Origin: an uncultured Actinomycetes bacterium
GTDB taxonomy: Bacteria; Actinomycetota; Thermoleophilia; UBA2241
NCBI GenBank assembly: GCA_963709345.1
Contig: CAVPVX010000002.1
Span: 288,001-352,000 of the forward strand
Direction: 5' to 3'
DNA length: 64,000 bases
Positions 28,610-39,448 of the stretch are shown in pieces. Numbering within the stretch: the first letter of the stretch is position 1; each line of letters begins with the position of its first letter. The position numbers and the translations under genes are program-made. A model generated the notes under the pieces. The model worked only from the letters and a program-made list of their open reading frames with translations, was not told the DNA's origin and ran no database searches.

Positions 28610-30925
28610 TCAGCCGCGCAGCTTGCGGAGCGGCGCGACGCTGGCCATGAGCCGGCGCTCCGAACCGTCGTTCTCGAAGCGGATGACGACAATGCCGCCG
28701 CTCTGCATGGCCAGCACCGTGCCTTCGCCGAGCGTAGCGTGGAGCACGCGGTCCCCGGAGGTGAAGAACTGCTCCACGACCTCCTCGTCGAGCCCCTTCT
28801 TCTCGAGACCGGTGAAGCGGCGACCGGAGCCGAGCGCACCGCCGGACTCGTCGTCGAAGTCGCCCCGGCGGCCCTGACGGCCACCCCAGCCGCCGGCATC
28901 GCGGCCGTAGCCGCCGCCGCCCACGGCGCCGCCACCCCAGCGGTCGCCGCGGCCACCGGCGCCGGAGCGGCCGCCTATGGCCTGCCGCTCGGTGAGATCG
29001 GTGGGGATCTCGTCGAGAAAACGAGACGGCAGGTTGTACTGCGACGCCCCCCACAGGCTTCTCGCGCGCGCGTGCACGAGGTACAGGCGGTCCATCGCGC
29101 GCGTGATCCCGACGTAGGCCAGGCGGCGCTCCTCCTCCACGTTCTGCTCGTCGAGCGAGCGCTGGTGCGGGAAGACGCCCTCCTCCATCCCGGCGATGAA
29201 CACGACCGGGAACTCGAGCCCCTTGGCGTTGTGCAACGTCATGAGCGTGAGCAGCGCGCTGGTGTCGGCGTAGGCGTCGGTGTCGGCATAGAGCGAGATC
29301 TCCTGGAGGAAGCCGTCGAGACTGGGCTCGTCGGCGCGCTTGTCGTACTCGGCGGCGACCCCGACCAGTTCCTCGATGTTCTCGAGGCGGCCCTCCGCCT
29401 CGAGCGTGTTCTGCGTCTTCAGGGCGGCTTCGTAGCCGCTCTCCTCGATGACGCTGTGCACGACGTCGGCGACGGGGCGGCCGGCGAGCCCGGCCTGCAG
29501 GGCTTCGATGATCCGCGCGAACGCCAGCAGGCCGTTCACCGCGCCGGCCGACAGCCCGGGCACGTCGCCGGCGCCTCGCAGGGCGGTCCAGAGACTCTCC
29601 CCCACGCTCGCCGCGTGCGCCTGCAGGCGCTGCAGGCTGGTCGCGCCGATGCCGCGCTTCGGCTGGTTGACGATGCGCAGCAGGCGCTGCGAGTCGTCCG
29701 GGTTCACGAGGATCGTCAGGTACGCGATGACGTCGCGGATCTCGGCGCGCTCGTAGAACTTCGGCCCGCCGATGACCTGGTAGGCGATCGCGTAGCGGCC
29801 GAACTGCTCCTCGAGCACCCGGCTCTGGGCGTTGGTCCGGTAGAGCACGGCCACCTCGTCCGGCCGGTAGGGCCTCTCGGCGCCGACCTCTCCCTCGAGG
29901 AGCTTCTGCACCTCGCTGGCCACGAACTGGGCTTCGGCGCGCTCGTCGTTGACCTCGACCACCTGCACCAGGGCGCCGGCGCCGCGCGGCGTCCACAGGT
30001 TCTTCCCCTTGCGCTTGCGATTGTGGGTGACCACGGCGTTGGCGGCGTCGAGGATCGGCTGCGTGGAGCGGTAGTTCTGCTCAAGGCGGATGATCTCGGC
30101 CTCGGGATAGTCGCGCTCGAACTCGAGGATGTTGCGGATGTCGGCGCCGCGCCAGGAGTAGATGCTCTGGTCGTCGTCGCCGACGACGGCGAGGTTACCG
30201 TGCGCGCCCGCGAGCAGGTTGGCGAGCCGGTACTGGGCGTGGTTCGTGTCCTGGTACTCGTCGACGAGCACGAAGCGGAACGCCTGCTGGTAGTGGTGCA
30301 GCCGGTCGGGGTAGCCCTCCAGGAGCTGCACCGTCTTCATCAGCAGGTCGTCGAAGTCCATCGCGTTCATCTCCGCGTGGCGCTTCTCGTAGAGCTCGTA
30401 CACGTCGGCCGCCACCTGGGCGAAGCGGCCGCCCTTCTCGCGAAACTCGGGCGGACCGAAGAGCTGATTCTTGGCGTCGCTGATCTGGCGGCTGACCGAC
30501 TCCGGCGGGAAGCGCTTGGGGTCGACGTTCAGCTCCACCATGCAGCGCTTGATGAGCCGGCGGCGGTCGTCCTCGTCGTGGATCGTGAACGTGCTCTTGT
30601 AGCCCAGTCGCTGGGACTCGCGACGCAGCAGACGCGCGCACATGCTGTGGAAGGTGCTGACCCACATGGTGCGCGCGACCGGCCCCACGAGGCCTTCGAT
30701 GCGCTCCTTCATCTCGCCGGCCGCCTTGTTGGTGAAGGTGATGGCGACGATCTCGTCCGGGCGCACGCGATGGACCTTGACGAGGTAGGCGACTCGATGC
30801 GTGAGCACGCGCGTCTTGCCGGAGCCGGCGCCGGCGAGGATAAGCAATGGGCCGTCGACGTGCGTCACGGCCCTGCGCTGCTCCTCGTTGAGGCCGGCGA
30901 GCAGTTCCGCGCCCGCGTCCGCCAT
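28610..30925 (-). CDS. pcrA: ATP-dependent DNA helicase PcrA/UvrD
   Basis: AGAGSGKT, TFTNKAA, DEYQDTN, GDDDQSIY, QNYRST, HNAKGLEF, EERRLAYVGITRA, C-terminal Tudor-like domain. Confidence 0.96.
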   Translation of the reverse strand: MADAGAELLAGLNEEQRRAVTHVDGPLLILAGAGSGKTRVLTHRVAYLVKVHRVRPDEIVAITFTNKAAGEMKERIEGLVGPVARTMWVSTFHSMCARLLRRESQRLGYKSTFTIHDEDDRRRLIKRCMVELNVDPKRFPPESVSRQISDAKNQLFGPPEFREKGGRFAQVAADVYELYEKRHAEMNAMDFDDLLMKTVQLLEGYPDRLHHYQQAFRFVLVDEYQDTNHAQYRLANLLAGAHGNLAVVGDDDQSIYSWRGADIRNILEFERDYPEAEIIRLEQNYRSTQPILDAANAVVTHNRKRKGKNLWTPRGAGALVQVVEVNDERAEAQFVASEVQKLLEGEVGAERPYRPDEVAVLYRTNAQSRVLEEQFGRYAIAYQVIGGPKFYERAEIRDVIAYLTILVNPDDSQRLLRIVNQPKRGIGATSLQRLQAHAASVGESLWTALRGAGDVPGLSAGAVNGLLAFARIIEALQAGLAGRPVADVVHSVIEESGYEAALKTQNTLEAEGRLENIEELVGVAAEYDKRADEPSLDGFLQEISLYADTDAYADTSALLTLMTLHNAKGLEFPVVFIAGMEEGVFPHQRSLDEQNVEEERRLAYVGITRAMDRLYLVHARARSLWGASQYNLPSRFLDEIPTDLTERQAIGGRSGAGGRGDRWGGGAVGGGGYGRDAGGWGGRQGRRGDFDDESGGALGSGRRFTGLEKKGLDEEVVEQFFTSGDRVLHATLGEGTVLAMQSGGIVVIRFENDGSERRLMASVAPLRKLRG

Positions 30926-30926
30926 C

Positions 30927-31550
30927 TCAGACCCCCGCCACGTTGAGCAGGAGACTCAGCCCGAAAGCGACGGCGCCGGCGAGCACGAGCTTGACCACGG
31001 AGGCGATGAGGCGCCCGCGCGACACCTTGCCGAGGTACACACCGAGCAGAACGAGCTCGAGAGCCGCGACGCCCCACGCGGCGGCGAACGCGGCGGCGAC
31101 CCCGATCGCCGGCTGCAGAAGGAGGGGTATGCACATGATCAGCCCACCGATCGCAGAGGCGAAGCCGGCGACGGATGCGACGGCAAGGGCCGCGTAGCGC
31201 GCCGCCGAGCCGATGTCGGTGCTTCCGAGCCGCGAGAGGGTGGACTCCTCGAGCTCGCGCAGCTCCCGGGCACGCTCGGCCTGTTCCGAGAGATACGAGC
31301 CGTAGAAGCCCGAGACGCCGAGACTGAGCGACGCCGCGGCGATCACGCCGACGAGCGAGCGGGCATCGGCGACGCCTCCGAAGTACGCCCCTGTGACGAT
31401 ACCGAGGGAGGTCAGTACACCGTCGAACGCGTTCATGGGCAAATACCGCCGCGCGATCTCGCCGACGTCGGCGATCTCGTGATAGCGCCGCAGCGTCGAG
31501 AAACGGCGGCGCGCGCGCGCGGCGATGCCTGTGCCGGCCGGGGGGCTCAT
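30927..31550 (-). CDS. VIT1/CCC1-family membrane protein (TIGR00267-like)
   Basis: RRYLPMNAFDGVLTSLG...GVSGFYGSYLSEQAER, about five TM helices. Confidence 0.75.
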   Translation of the reverse strand: MSPPAGTGIAARARRRFSTLRRYHEIADVGEIARRYLPMNAFDGVLTSLGIVTGAYFGGVADARSLVGVIAAASLSLGVSGFYGSYLSEQAERARELRELEESTLSRLGSTDIGSAARYAALAVASVAGFASAIGGLIMCIPLLLQPAIGVAAAFAAAWGVAALELVLLGVYLGKVSRGRLIASVVKLVLAGAVAFGLSLLLNVAGV

Positions 31551-31582
31551 TGATCGCTCACACGGCTGTCAGCGACGAGACG

Positions 31583-31891
31583 TCAGCGCAGCCAGCTCGA
31601 GCTGGCGTCCTGGGGAGTCTCGACCTCGTCGATGAGGTGCTTGCCGGTCGAGACCTTGTCGATGGAGTGGATGCTGCCGCCCGACTCCTGTACGACCTCG
31701 GCGACGTCCTGGAAGTCGACGTCGTCGCCTTCCAGCGTGATCTTGATGTTCTCCACCTTGTTGTCGATCTCGATCAGTGTGATGTCGACGCCGTGCACGC
31801 CCTCGAGGTCGCCGAGCTTGTCGGCGAGGACGAGCATGGTGGGCTGATGTGGCTTGAGCACGTCGAGCACGAGACGCCGGACCTCGCTCAT
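31583..31891 (-). CDS. DUF211 family protein
   Basis: RRLVLDVLKPH...GVDIT...KITLEG...GGSIHSIDKV...VETPQD. Confidence 0.85.
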   Translation of the reverse strand: MSEVRRLVLDVLKPHQPTMLVLADKLGDLEGVHGVDITLIEIDNKVENIKITLEGDDVDFQDVAEVVQESGGSIHSIDKVSTGKHLIDEVETPQDASSSWLR

Positions 31892-32145
31892 GTGGTGATC
31901 ACGCTCCGTTCACGGGTGGACTCAGAGGGCAGCAATCGTAGCATACCCGCATGCCGCTACCGGCCACCCGCTGGGGTGACGCTCACCGCTCCGGGCCCGG
32001 GCCGGCGAGCGCCTCCCGGCACGTCTGCGCGAAGTACCCATGGACAACGGGACCGGTGCCCCATGCCACCACGCCGTTACCGCGCCGATGACCTGCACTG
32101 AGGGCGCGGGACCGTGCCCGGAGGGACAGGGCTAGGAGGCAGGGG

Positions 32146-32397
32146 ATGTCAGGCGTTGCGACCGGCTACACGCTGGTGCTGGCACAGGAAGATCCGCATG
32201 GCGAGCCTGCTCGCGACTACATCGTGACCGACGGCGGCGTCCTGTACGCGACGAGCGACGGCGGGAACACCTGGCGCTTCTACGGACTCGTCGATCCCGA
32301 GGCGTTCCTGCTCGATCTCGGCTTCATGGATGCGTGGGAGCTCGTCGACGCCGACGCGGACCGGCTCTCGCACCGCGGGCGCTTCCTCGCCGCGTGA
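32146..32397 (+). CDS. Small hypothetical protein with a single Asp-box motif
   Basis: RBS AGGAGG, motif TSDGGNTW. Confidence 0.55.
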   Translation: MSGVATGYTLVLAQEDPHGEPARDYIVTDGGVLYATSDGGNTWRFYGLVDPEAFLLDLGFMDAWELVDADADRLSHRGRFLAA

Positions 32398-32419
32398 GAC
32401 GCGGCGCAGGCTGACGACG

Positions 32420-33271
32420 TCAGATTCCGGCGCCCTCGTCGAAGCGCAGCAGTTCCGCCAGCATCGCCTGCGTCTCGCGCAGGGCCTGCTCGCGCTTTCC
32501 GCTCCGCTCGGGGTGGATCTCGTCGAGCTCCTTCTCCATCTCGATGATGCGCGCCACGAGGCACTTGATCGCCTCGGCCACCGGGTCGGGAAGGTGCCGG
32601 TAGTCGATGTCCGGGATGCCCACACGCTGCCCCTGGAGCAGCACGGGCCGGCCGGGGTTGCCGACCACCGTGGAGTTCTTCGGCACGTCGCTGACCACGA
32701 CGCTGCCGGCGCCGACCTTGGCGTTGTCGCCGACGGTGATGCCGCCGAGCACCTTGGCCCCGGCGCCGAACACGACGTTGTCGCCCACCGTCGGGTGCCG
32801 CTTGCCGGTCTCCTTGCCGGTACCGCCGAGCGTCACTCCCTGGTAGATCGTGACGTTGTCGCCGATCTCGGCGGTCTCGCCGATGACCACGCCGGAACCA
32901 TGGTCGATGAACAGGCCGTGACCGATCTCGGCGCCGGGGTGGATCTCGATACCGGTGACCAGCCGGTTGAACTGGCTGACCCAGCGCGGCAGCAGCGGGA
33001 CGCCGGCTTCGTGGACCCTGTGCGCGAGGCGATGCAGCCACAGCGCGTGCAGCCCGGGGTACGACGTGATGATCTCGAGCTTCGAGGTGGCCGCCGGGTC
33101 GCGCTCCTGGACGGCCTTGACGTCGCTGCTGATCTCATCGACCGCCGTATGGACGTCCCGGGAGAGACCGCCGACCACGCCGTTCACGGAACGACAGCCG
33201 CTCGCGCGCCTGCCGAGAAACCAGCATCCGGCGACACCCAGGCCCGCCAGGGCCAGCAGCTTGCGGATCAC
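32420..33271 (-). CDS. cysE: Serine O-acetyltransferase
   Basis: [42 protein letters not shown] start after GGAGGT. Confidence 0.95.
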   Translation of the reverse strand: MIRKLLALAGLGVAGCWFLGRRASGCRSVNGVVGGLSRDVHTAVDEISSDVKAVQERDPAATSKLEIITSYPGLHALWLHRLAHRVHEAGVPLLPRWVSQFNRLVTGIEIHPGAEIGHGLFIDHGSGVVIGETAEIGDNVTIYQGVTLGGTGKETGKRHPTVGDNVVFGAGAKVLGGITVGDNAKVGAGSVVVSDVPKNSTVVGNPGRPVLLQGQRVGIPDIDYRHLPDPVAEAIKCLVARIIEMEKELDEIHPERSGKREQALRETQAMLAELLRFDEGAGI

Positions 33272-33341
33272 AGCCGTCACCTCCCTTTCTCGTCAAGCGC
33301 GAACCCGCACAAGCCGAGCCACGCTCTCGCGCGGTACGGTA

Positions 33342-34142
33342 TCACGCCTCGTTCATGCTGCCGGTGCGGAAGCCGTCGAGGTCGAGTGCGACGTAGGTGA
33401 ACCCAGCGGCGTGCAGCCGGCGGGACAGCTCGCCGCGCAACGCGACGGCTCGCGGGACGTCCCGCGACTCCACCTCGACCCGCGCCACGGCGCCGTGATG
33501 GCGCACGCGCGACTGCGCGAACCCGAGGTCGCGGAGCGCCGACTCCGCCGCGGCGACGACGGAGAGCTTCTCGACGGTGATCGGGTCGCCGTAGGGGATG
33601 CGCGAGGCCAGACACGCGCGCTGCGGCGCATCCCAGGTGACGAGGCCGAGCTCGCGCGCCAGTCTCCGCACCTCGGCCTTGCCGATGCCGGCCGCGAGCA
33701 GTGGCCTGAGCACGCCGCGCTCCTCCGCCGCGCGCGTCCCCGGACGATGGTCGCCGGCGTCGTCGGCGTTGGCCCCGTCGACGAGCGTCGCGCAGCCTCG
33801 CTCGGCGGCGACGCGAGCCATCGCGTCGAGCATCCCCGCCTTGCAGAAGAAGCAGCGGTCACGGGAGTTCGCGACGAAGCGCGCATCGTCGAACGCGTCT
33901 GTGGCGACGACGACGTGCTCGGCGCCCAGGCTTCCGGCCACGAGCTTCGCGGTGGCCAACTCCTCACTCAGGTACAGCGGAGAGACCGCGGTGAACGCAA
34001 GCACCTGCTCGGGGCCCAGCGCGCGGACCGCCGCGGCAAGCACCAGGCTCGAGTCCACGCCGCCTGAGAAGGCGACGCAGGCGCGGTCGACGCCGGCGAA
34101 CTGCGCCAGAAGCCTCGTGAGGACGTCGTGCTCGTCAGACAT
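33342..34142 (-). CDS. larE: ATP-dependent sulfur transferase, LarE family
   Basis: PP-loop AFSGGVDS, RCFFCK, DGANADD...RPG, ACLASRIPYG, RVRHH, GFRTGSMN. Confidence 0.9.
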   Translation of the reverse strand: MSDEHDVLTRLLAQFAGVDRACVAFSGGVDSSLVLAAAVRALGPEQVLAFTAVSPLYLSEELATAKLVAGSLGAEHVVVATDAFDDARFVANSRDRCFFCKAGMLDAMARVAAERGCATLVDGANADDAGDHRPGTRAAEERGVLRPLLAAGIGKAEVRRLARELGLVTWDAPQRACLASRIPYGDPITVEKLSVVAAAESALRDLGFAQSRVRHHGAVARVEVESRDVPRAVALRGELSRRLHAAGFTYVALDLDGFRTGSMNEA

Positions 34143-34920
34143 CGACATCCAGCGGGGCCGTGATCGTCGCCTGCTCCCCGCAGACGGGGCATGCCGGCGC
34201 GCGCGCGACCTCGACCTCGGTGAAGGTGAGCGCCCCTCCGTCGAACTGCAGGAGCCGGCCGTAGAGCGGCTCCCCGACACCCGTCAGGATCTTGATGACT
34301 TCGAGCGCCTGGATCGCGCCGATGACGCCGGGGATCGGACCGAGGATGCCGGCCTCGGCGCAGCCGATCACACCGGCCGGCGGCGGAGGCTCCGGGAAGA
34401 GGCACCGATAGCAGGCGGTCTCGCCGCCCTTGATGGTCATCGCCAGCCCGCTGAGGCGCAGCACGGCGCCGTCGACCAACGTCTTCTCGAGGACGACGCA
34501 GGTGTCGTTCAAGAGATACCGGGTGGGGAAGTTGTCGACCGCGGTGACGATGACGTCGTAGCGCCGGAGCAACGCCGCGGCGTTCGCGGCGACGAGGCGC
34601 TCCGCGCTCGGCTCGAGCTCGATCTCGGGATTGAGCGCCGCCAGACGCTCCGCGGCGACCGCGGCCTTGGGGCGCCCCAGATCGGCCGTCGTGAACAGGA
34701 TCTGACGCTGCAGGTTCGAGAGCTCGACCACGTCGTCGTCGACCACACCGATGCGGCCGACACCCGCGGCGGCGAGATAGTAGAGGATCGGCGCTCCGAG
34801 CCCGCCGGCACCGACAACCAGCGCCGAGCCGGAGCGGAGGGCGGCCTGGCCACGATCGCCGAGCTCCTCGAGGACGAGCTGGCAATCGTACCGCCGGCGC
34901 TCGTCACCGCCGATCAGCAC
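34135..34920 (-). CDS. ThiF/MoeB-family adenylyltransferase
   Basis: GAGGLG, VELSNLQRQ, DNFPTR, CYRC, catalytic-type CAEAG, CPVC. Confidence 0.92.
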   Translation of the reverse strand: MLIGGDERRRYDCQLVLEELGDRGQAALRSGSALVVGAGGLGAPILYYLAAAGVGRIGVVDDDVVELSNLQRQILFTTADLGRPKAAVAAERLAALNPEIELEPSAERLVAANAAALLRRYDVIVTAVDNFPTRYLLNDTCVVLEKTLVDGAVLRLSGLAMTIKGGETACYRCLFPEPPPPAGVIGCAEAGILGPIPGVIGAIQALEVIKILTGVGEPLYGRLLQFDGGALTFTEVEVARAPACPVCGEQATITAPLDVDV

Positions 34921-34993
34921 GGCGCGCGCCCGGGGAGGAGTCGCCGGCCGGGGCAGTGCGCGGTCTGGCCGGCGGCGGACCCGCGGCTCCGGC

Positions 34994-35938
<945 letters not shown>

Positions 35939-35993
35939 GCCGTCTCCTCGCCGTCGCGCCGCGATCCGCATGCAGCGGTCCGCGCCGATGTCG

Positions 35994-36437
35994 TCAGATG
36001 TGGTACATCGGCGCGGCGCCGCACAGCTCGTCCTCGCGCCGGAGAAGATCGCCGATCGAGGTGCCGTCGAGGACCTGCTCGAGCGCCTGCTTCGCCTCGA
36101 TCCACACCGACGAAGCCCCGCAGGTGTCGACCTGATCACAGCGACCCTGGGTGCACTCCGCCGGCGAAGGCACACCGTCCAGCGCCGCCACGACCTGCAG
36201 GACGGTGATGTCGTCGGCGGGCCGGGCGAGCGAATACCCCCCGGATGCTCCGCGCCGGCTGCGCACGACGCCGGCGCGGCGCAGCGCCGCGAACACCTGC
36301 TCGAGGAACTGGAGCGGCATGTCCCGGCGCTCCGCGATGTCGCCGAGACGGACCGGCCGGCCGGACCGTGACTGTTCGATGCGAGCCAGTTCGACCAGAG
36401 CGCGCACCGCGTATCTGCTCTTCATCGAGATGTTCAA
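35994..36437 (-). CDS. Rrf2-family regulator (CymR/IscR-like)
   Basis: [25 protein letters not shown], Cys-rich C-terminus. Heads the cys operon. Confidence 0.92.
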   Translation of the reverse strand: MNISMKSRYAVRALVELARIEQSRSGRPVRLGDIAERRDMPLQFLEQVFAALRRAGVVRSRRGASGGYSLARPADDITVLQVVAALDGVPSPAECTQGRCDQVDTCGASSVWIEAKQALEQVLDGTSIGDLLRREDELCGAAPMYHI

Positions 36438-36462
36438 CCCGAAACGCTCCTCTGCACGTCCG

Positions 36463-36512
36463 ATTCCCGATAATTCCAGTCAAGATTACGGACTCCCGGC
36501 ACTCACTGTCAA
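36463..36512 (-). promoter_or_regulatory. Promoter with overlapping Rrf2-type operator
   Basis: Minus strand TTGACA-N18-TAATCT, overlapping the AT-rich imperfect palindrome AATCTTGACTGGAATTATCGGGAAT. Confidence 0.65.
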
Positions 36513-36526
36513 CACCGCGCCCCCGG

Positions 36527-36979
36527 TCAGATCTGGTAACGGCGCACAAGCAGGCCGGCCACGGCCGTCAGCACCAGCGTGATCGCTGCCGCCCAGACGA
36601 TGCGGTAACCCACGATCCAGAAGACGCCGGCGCCGAGCGCGATGAAGATCAGCGAGTCCTCGACGACGGCGTGCACCATGCTGAGGAACGTGCTCATGAT
36701 GAAGACCTGCCGGCGACCGAGGTCGTGCCGACGCACGTCGCGCACGATCACCCCGCCGCCGTAGGCGAGCCCGAAGAGGAAGCCGATGAGCGTAGGCGCC
36801 GCCGACCGCTCGTCGAGTCCCACGTGCCTCACGACGCCCGCCCAGGCGCGGACCACCGCACGAAAGATGCGCGTCCCCTCGAAGATCTCGAGAACGACCA
36901 TGATCGGCACGACGATGAGGAAGACGCGAAGCAGCAGGTCGGCCGACCCCGCAACGAAGGTGCGCAGCAGGTCGTCCAT
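36527..36979 (-). CDS. Nucleoside-recognition (Gate) domain membrane protein
   Basis: GFLFGLAYGGGVI, HAVVEDSLIF. Confidence 0.75.
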   Translation of the reverse strand: MDDLLRTFVAGSADLLLRVFLIVVPIMVVLEIFEGTRIFRAVVRAWAGVVRHVGLDERSAAPTLIGFLFGLAYGGGVIVRDVRRHDLGRRQVFIMSTFLSMVHAVVEDSLIFIALGAGVFWIVGYRIVWAAAITLVLTAVAGLLVRRYQI

Positions 36980-36981
36980 GC

Positions 36982-37473
36982 TCAGAGCCAGCCCATCAAC
37001 AGATTGGCCGTCGCTGCGGCAGCGAGTCCCGCGACGACACGCAGGGCGCCGAAGGCGAAGCCGTTCATCCCGGCCCTGTGGAGCACGGCGCCCTCGACCA
37101 CGAGGTTGTGCCCTATGAGGATCGCGATCGCCAGCACGGTGATCTGCCGGGCGTCGAGGTCGAGCGCCTGCATCGAGCCGACGGCCGCGTAGATGTTGAG
37201 CAGATAGCCGACGACCAGCGGGACGGCGGCGTCGCCGGGCAGGCCGAGGGCCTGCATGACCGGCCGGGCGGCCGTGGCCAACCATCCGATGACGCCGAGG
37301 TACTCGAGAACCAGCGTGATGCCGTATGCCGGGATCATGACTTTGGCGAGATCCCAGAACGTCTGCAGGCCGGAGACCAGGCCGAGGCGCAGATCCCGCC
37401 GCACGAGGGCGCCGAGGCCCTCCGGCGGGGGCGGGAGCGGCGTTCCGGGTGCGGTGTCGGTCGAGTCGGGCAT
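36982..37473 (-). CDS. Nucleoside-recognition (Gate) domain membrane protein
   Basis: PVMQALGLPGDAAVPLV, NIYAAV, HNLVVEGA. Partner of the downstream gene. Confidence 0.75.
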   Translation of the reverse strand: MPDSTDTAPGTPLPPPPEGLGALVRRDLRLGLVSGLQTFWDLAKVMIPAYGITLVLEYLGVIGWLATAARPVMQALGLPGDAAVPLVVGYLLNIYAAVGSMQALDLDARQITVLAIAILIGHNLVVEGAVLHRAGMNGFAFGALRVVAGLAAAATANLLMGWL

Positions 37474-37622
37474 GCGCCGGGCATTCTCGCACGAGCGCAC
37501 CCCCGCGTCACAGCGCGAGGCACATGCGCCGACAACGTCACCGGGGACGGAGGGCAAACGTCACCTCCGGCGGCAGCGCGTCACCCTTGAGGCTCACCGG
37601 GCACGGGGCGCACGATGCCCAC

Positions 37623-38135
37623 ATGCTCATGACCGGACACCGCATCCTCCTCGTCATCGCCCTGGTGGCCGCGGCCGTCACCGTCGTCGCCGTACTGCTG
37701 TCGGCCTGCGGAGAAGCCGACGTGCCGGCTCCGCGGGTCGCTCCCTCCGACACGCATCTCGCCTCCCTCTCGCCCAGGCCATCGCCGACGGCAAGCCCTG
37801 CGGATGCAGCGGACCGCCTCGAGGCGGTCCGCACCGTCGAGCTCTACTGCCGCCTGGTGGACCGCGGTCAGTTCGCCCGGGCGGGACTGCTGTGCTCCCG
37901 CCCTGATCTGCTCACGCGGAGGGAGCTCGCCTCACTTCGAGCCTTCCGCTTCCGCTCGGCGCGCGTCCATGCCGCTCCGGACGCGCGCACGCTCGTTCTG
38001 CTCACTCGCGTACGCGTGCGCGCGGGCCGAGGTTGTCCGCTGCCGGACGGCCTCGTCACGCTGTTCTTCACCCTGGGGAGGGTCCACACGGGCGTGGAGG
38101 GATGGCTCATCACCGCCATCGCCACGAGCCCATAA
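37623..38135 (+). CDS. Putative lipoprotein
   Basis: Hydrophobic signal with lipobox LLSAC. Confidence 0.65.
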   Translation: MLMTGHRILLVIALVAAAVTVVAVLLSACGEADVPAPRVAPSDTHLASLSPRPSPTASPADAADRLEAVRTVELYCRLVDRGQFARAGLLCSRPDLLTRRELASLRAFRFRSARVHAAPDARTLVLLTRVRVRAGRGCPLPDGLVTLFFTLGRVHTGVEGWLITAIATSP

Positions 38136-38155
38136 CCCTCGAGAAAGGGGTCCGA

Positions 38156-39304
38156 ATGAAGAGACGACAAAGGGTACTGTGGACGGCGGTGGGGCTGGCC
38201 CTCGCCGCCTGCGCCGCCGCGGCCGTATCGGCAGGGGCCGCAAACGGCGGCAGGCCGGCCGGCGGCGGTGACCCACCATCCGGCCCGGCGGCCGCCGCCA
38301 TCGGCTATCTGCAGGCCCGCGCGGCCGCCGTCACGGCCGTCGACCCGCGAGCAGTACTGGACGGCTGGGTCGCTCCCGGAAGCGGTCTGGCGGACACCGA
38401 GACGCTCATCGCCCGCGGGGCCGCCCGGCGCGCCCGGCAGCTCGGCCACTCCATCGAGTCCGTCGCCTGCGACGTGGAACTGCTCGGCGAGACGCCGTCG
38501 GCCGACGGCAGGTCGGCGACGGTCATGGTCCGCGTGATCACGACCACAACCTGGCGCGCCGCGTCGGGCGCCGTCGACGAGGAAGCCAGCGGCATCGACC
38601 ACACCCTCAGCGTCAGACTCGCCGATGGGTCGTGGTCCGTGGCCGCCGACGTCTACAGCGACGTGCTACGGCCACACTATCTGGAGGCCGCCGGCGGCTC
38701 GGCGGCTCGAGTGCGACGCGCCGGACGCGCGCTCGAGCGCGCCTCCGCCTCGATGCGTCTTCCACGCGCGGGCCGCGTGGCGCGAGCTGCCGCGCCCCGG
38801 CGGTACAGGGCGATCGTCAAGTACGACCGCGCAACGACTCAAGCCTACGCCGACAAGTACGCGCTCTCCTACAACCCCACCTACGTCGGTTTCGGCGCCG
38901 ACTGCGCCAACTTCGCCTCCCAGTGCGCCGACGCCGGCAAGATGCCGCAGACGCCCGGCGTCTGGGATACCGGCTGGTGGTACAACAAGCGTGGCACATC
39001 CTCGCCGAGGGACGACGCCTACAGTCTGAGCTGGATCAACGTCACCAAGCAGATCGCATTCTGGAACGGCCGCCGGACCGACTGGGCGAGCTCGATCAGC
39101 ACGCTTGCCCGCGGTGATTTCGTCTACTACGACTGGACCGGCGACGGCTTCTGGGACCACGTCGCCGTCCTGGCCGGCACGAACAGCGCCGGGCAGAAGG
39201 TCATCGACGCGCACAGCACCGACTACCGGCGCGTGTTCTGGAAGCTCGGCACATCGTCGACGCGGTACAGGTTCGCGAGGACGCGGCCGGAGTGGGTCGT
39301 CTGA
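38156..39304 (+). CDS. Secreted amidase_6 (CHAP/NlpC-like) domain protein
   Basis: Signal peptide, YDRA...YADKYA...DCANFASQC...GDFVYYDW...DHVA...DAHS. Confidence 0.85.
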   Translation: MKRRQRVLWTAVGLALAACAAAAVSAGAANGGRPAGGGDPPSGPAAAAIGYLQARAAAVTAVDPRAVLDGWVAPGSGLADTETLIARGAARRARQLGHSIESVACDVELLGETPSADGRSATVMVRVITTTTWRAASGAVDEEASGIDHTLSVRLADGSWSVAADVYSDVLRPHYLEAAGGSAARVRRAGRALERASASMRLPRAGRVARAAAPRRYRAIVKYDRATTQAYADKYALSYNPTYVGFGADCANFASQCADAGKMPQTPGVWDTGWWYNKRGTSSPRDDAYSLSWINVTKQIAFWNGRRTDWASSISTLARGDFVYYDWTGDGFWDHVAVLAGTNSAGQKVIDAHSTDYRRVFWKLGTSSTRYRFARTRPEWVV

Positions 39305-39448
39305 GCGCGGGCTGAACGGAGCCGGCGACACGCCGACGGAACACGGCATGCCACGCCGGGCGAGATCCGGCTGAGCGGCTCCACGACACGGCTGGCCGCG
39401 GCTGAGAGATGGTGGACTCGGCTGCGGCCGGCCGCGTCGAGCGGCGGA

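Noticed and set aside
31892-32000. PafBC-type promoter (TGTCGG-N10-TANNNT) upstream of the pcrA-containing unit
   Set aside because: Only an extended -10 (TGnTACGAT) is visible, with no TGTCGG at the required distance.
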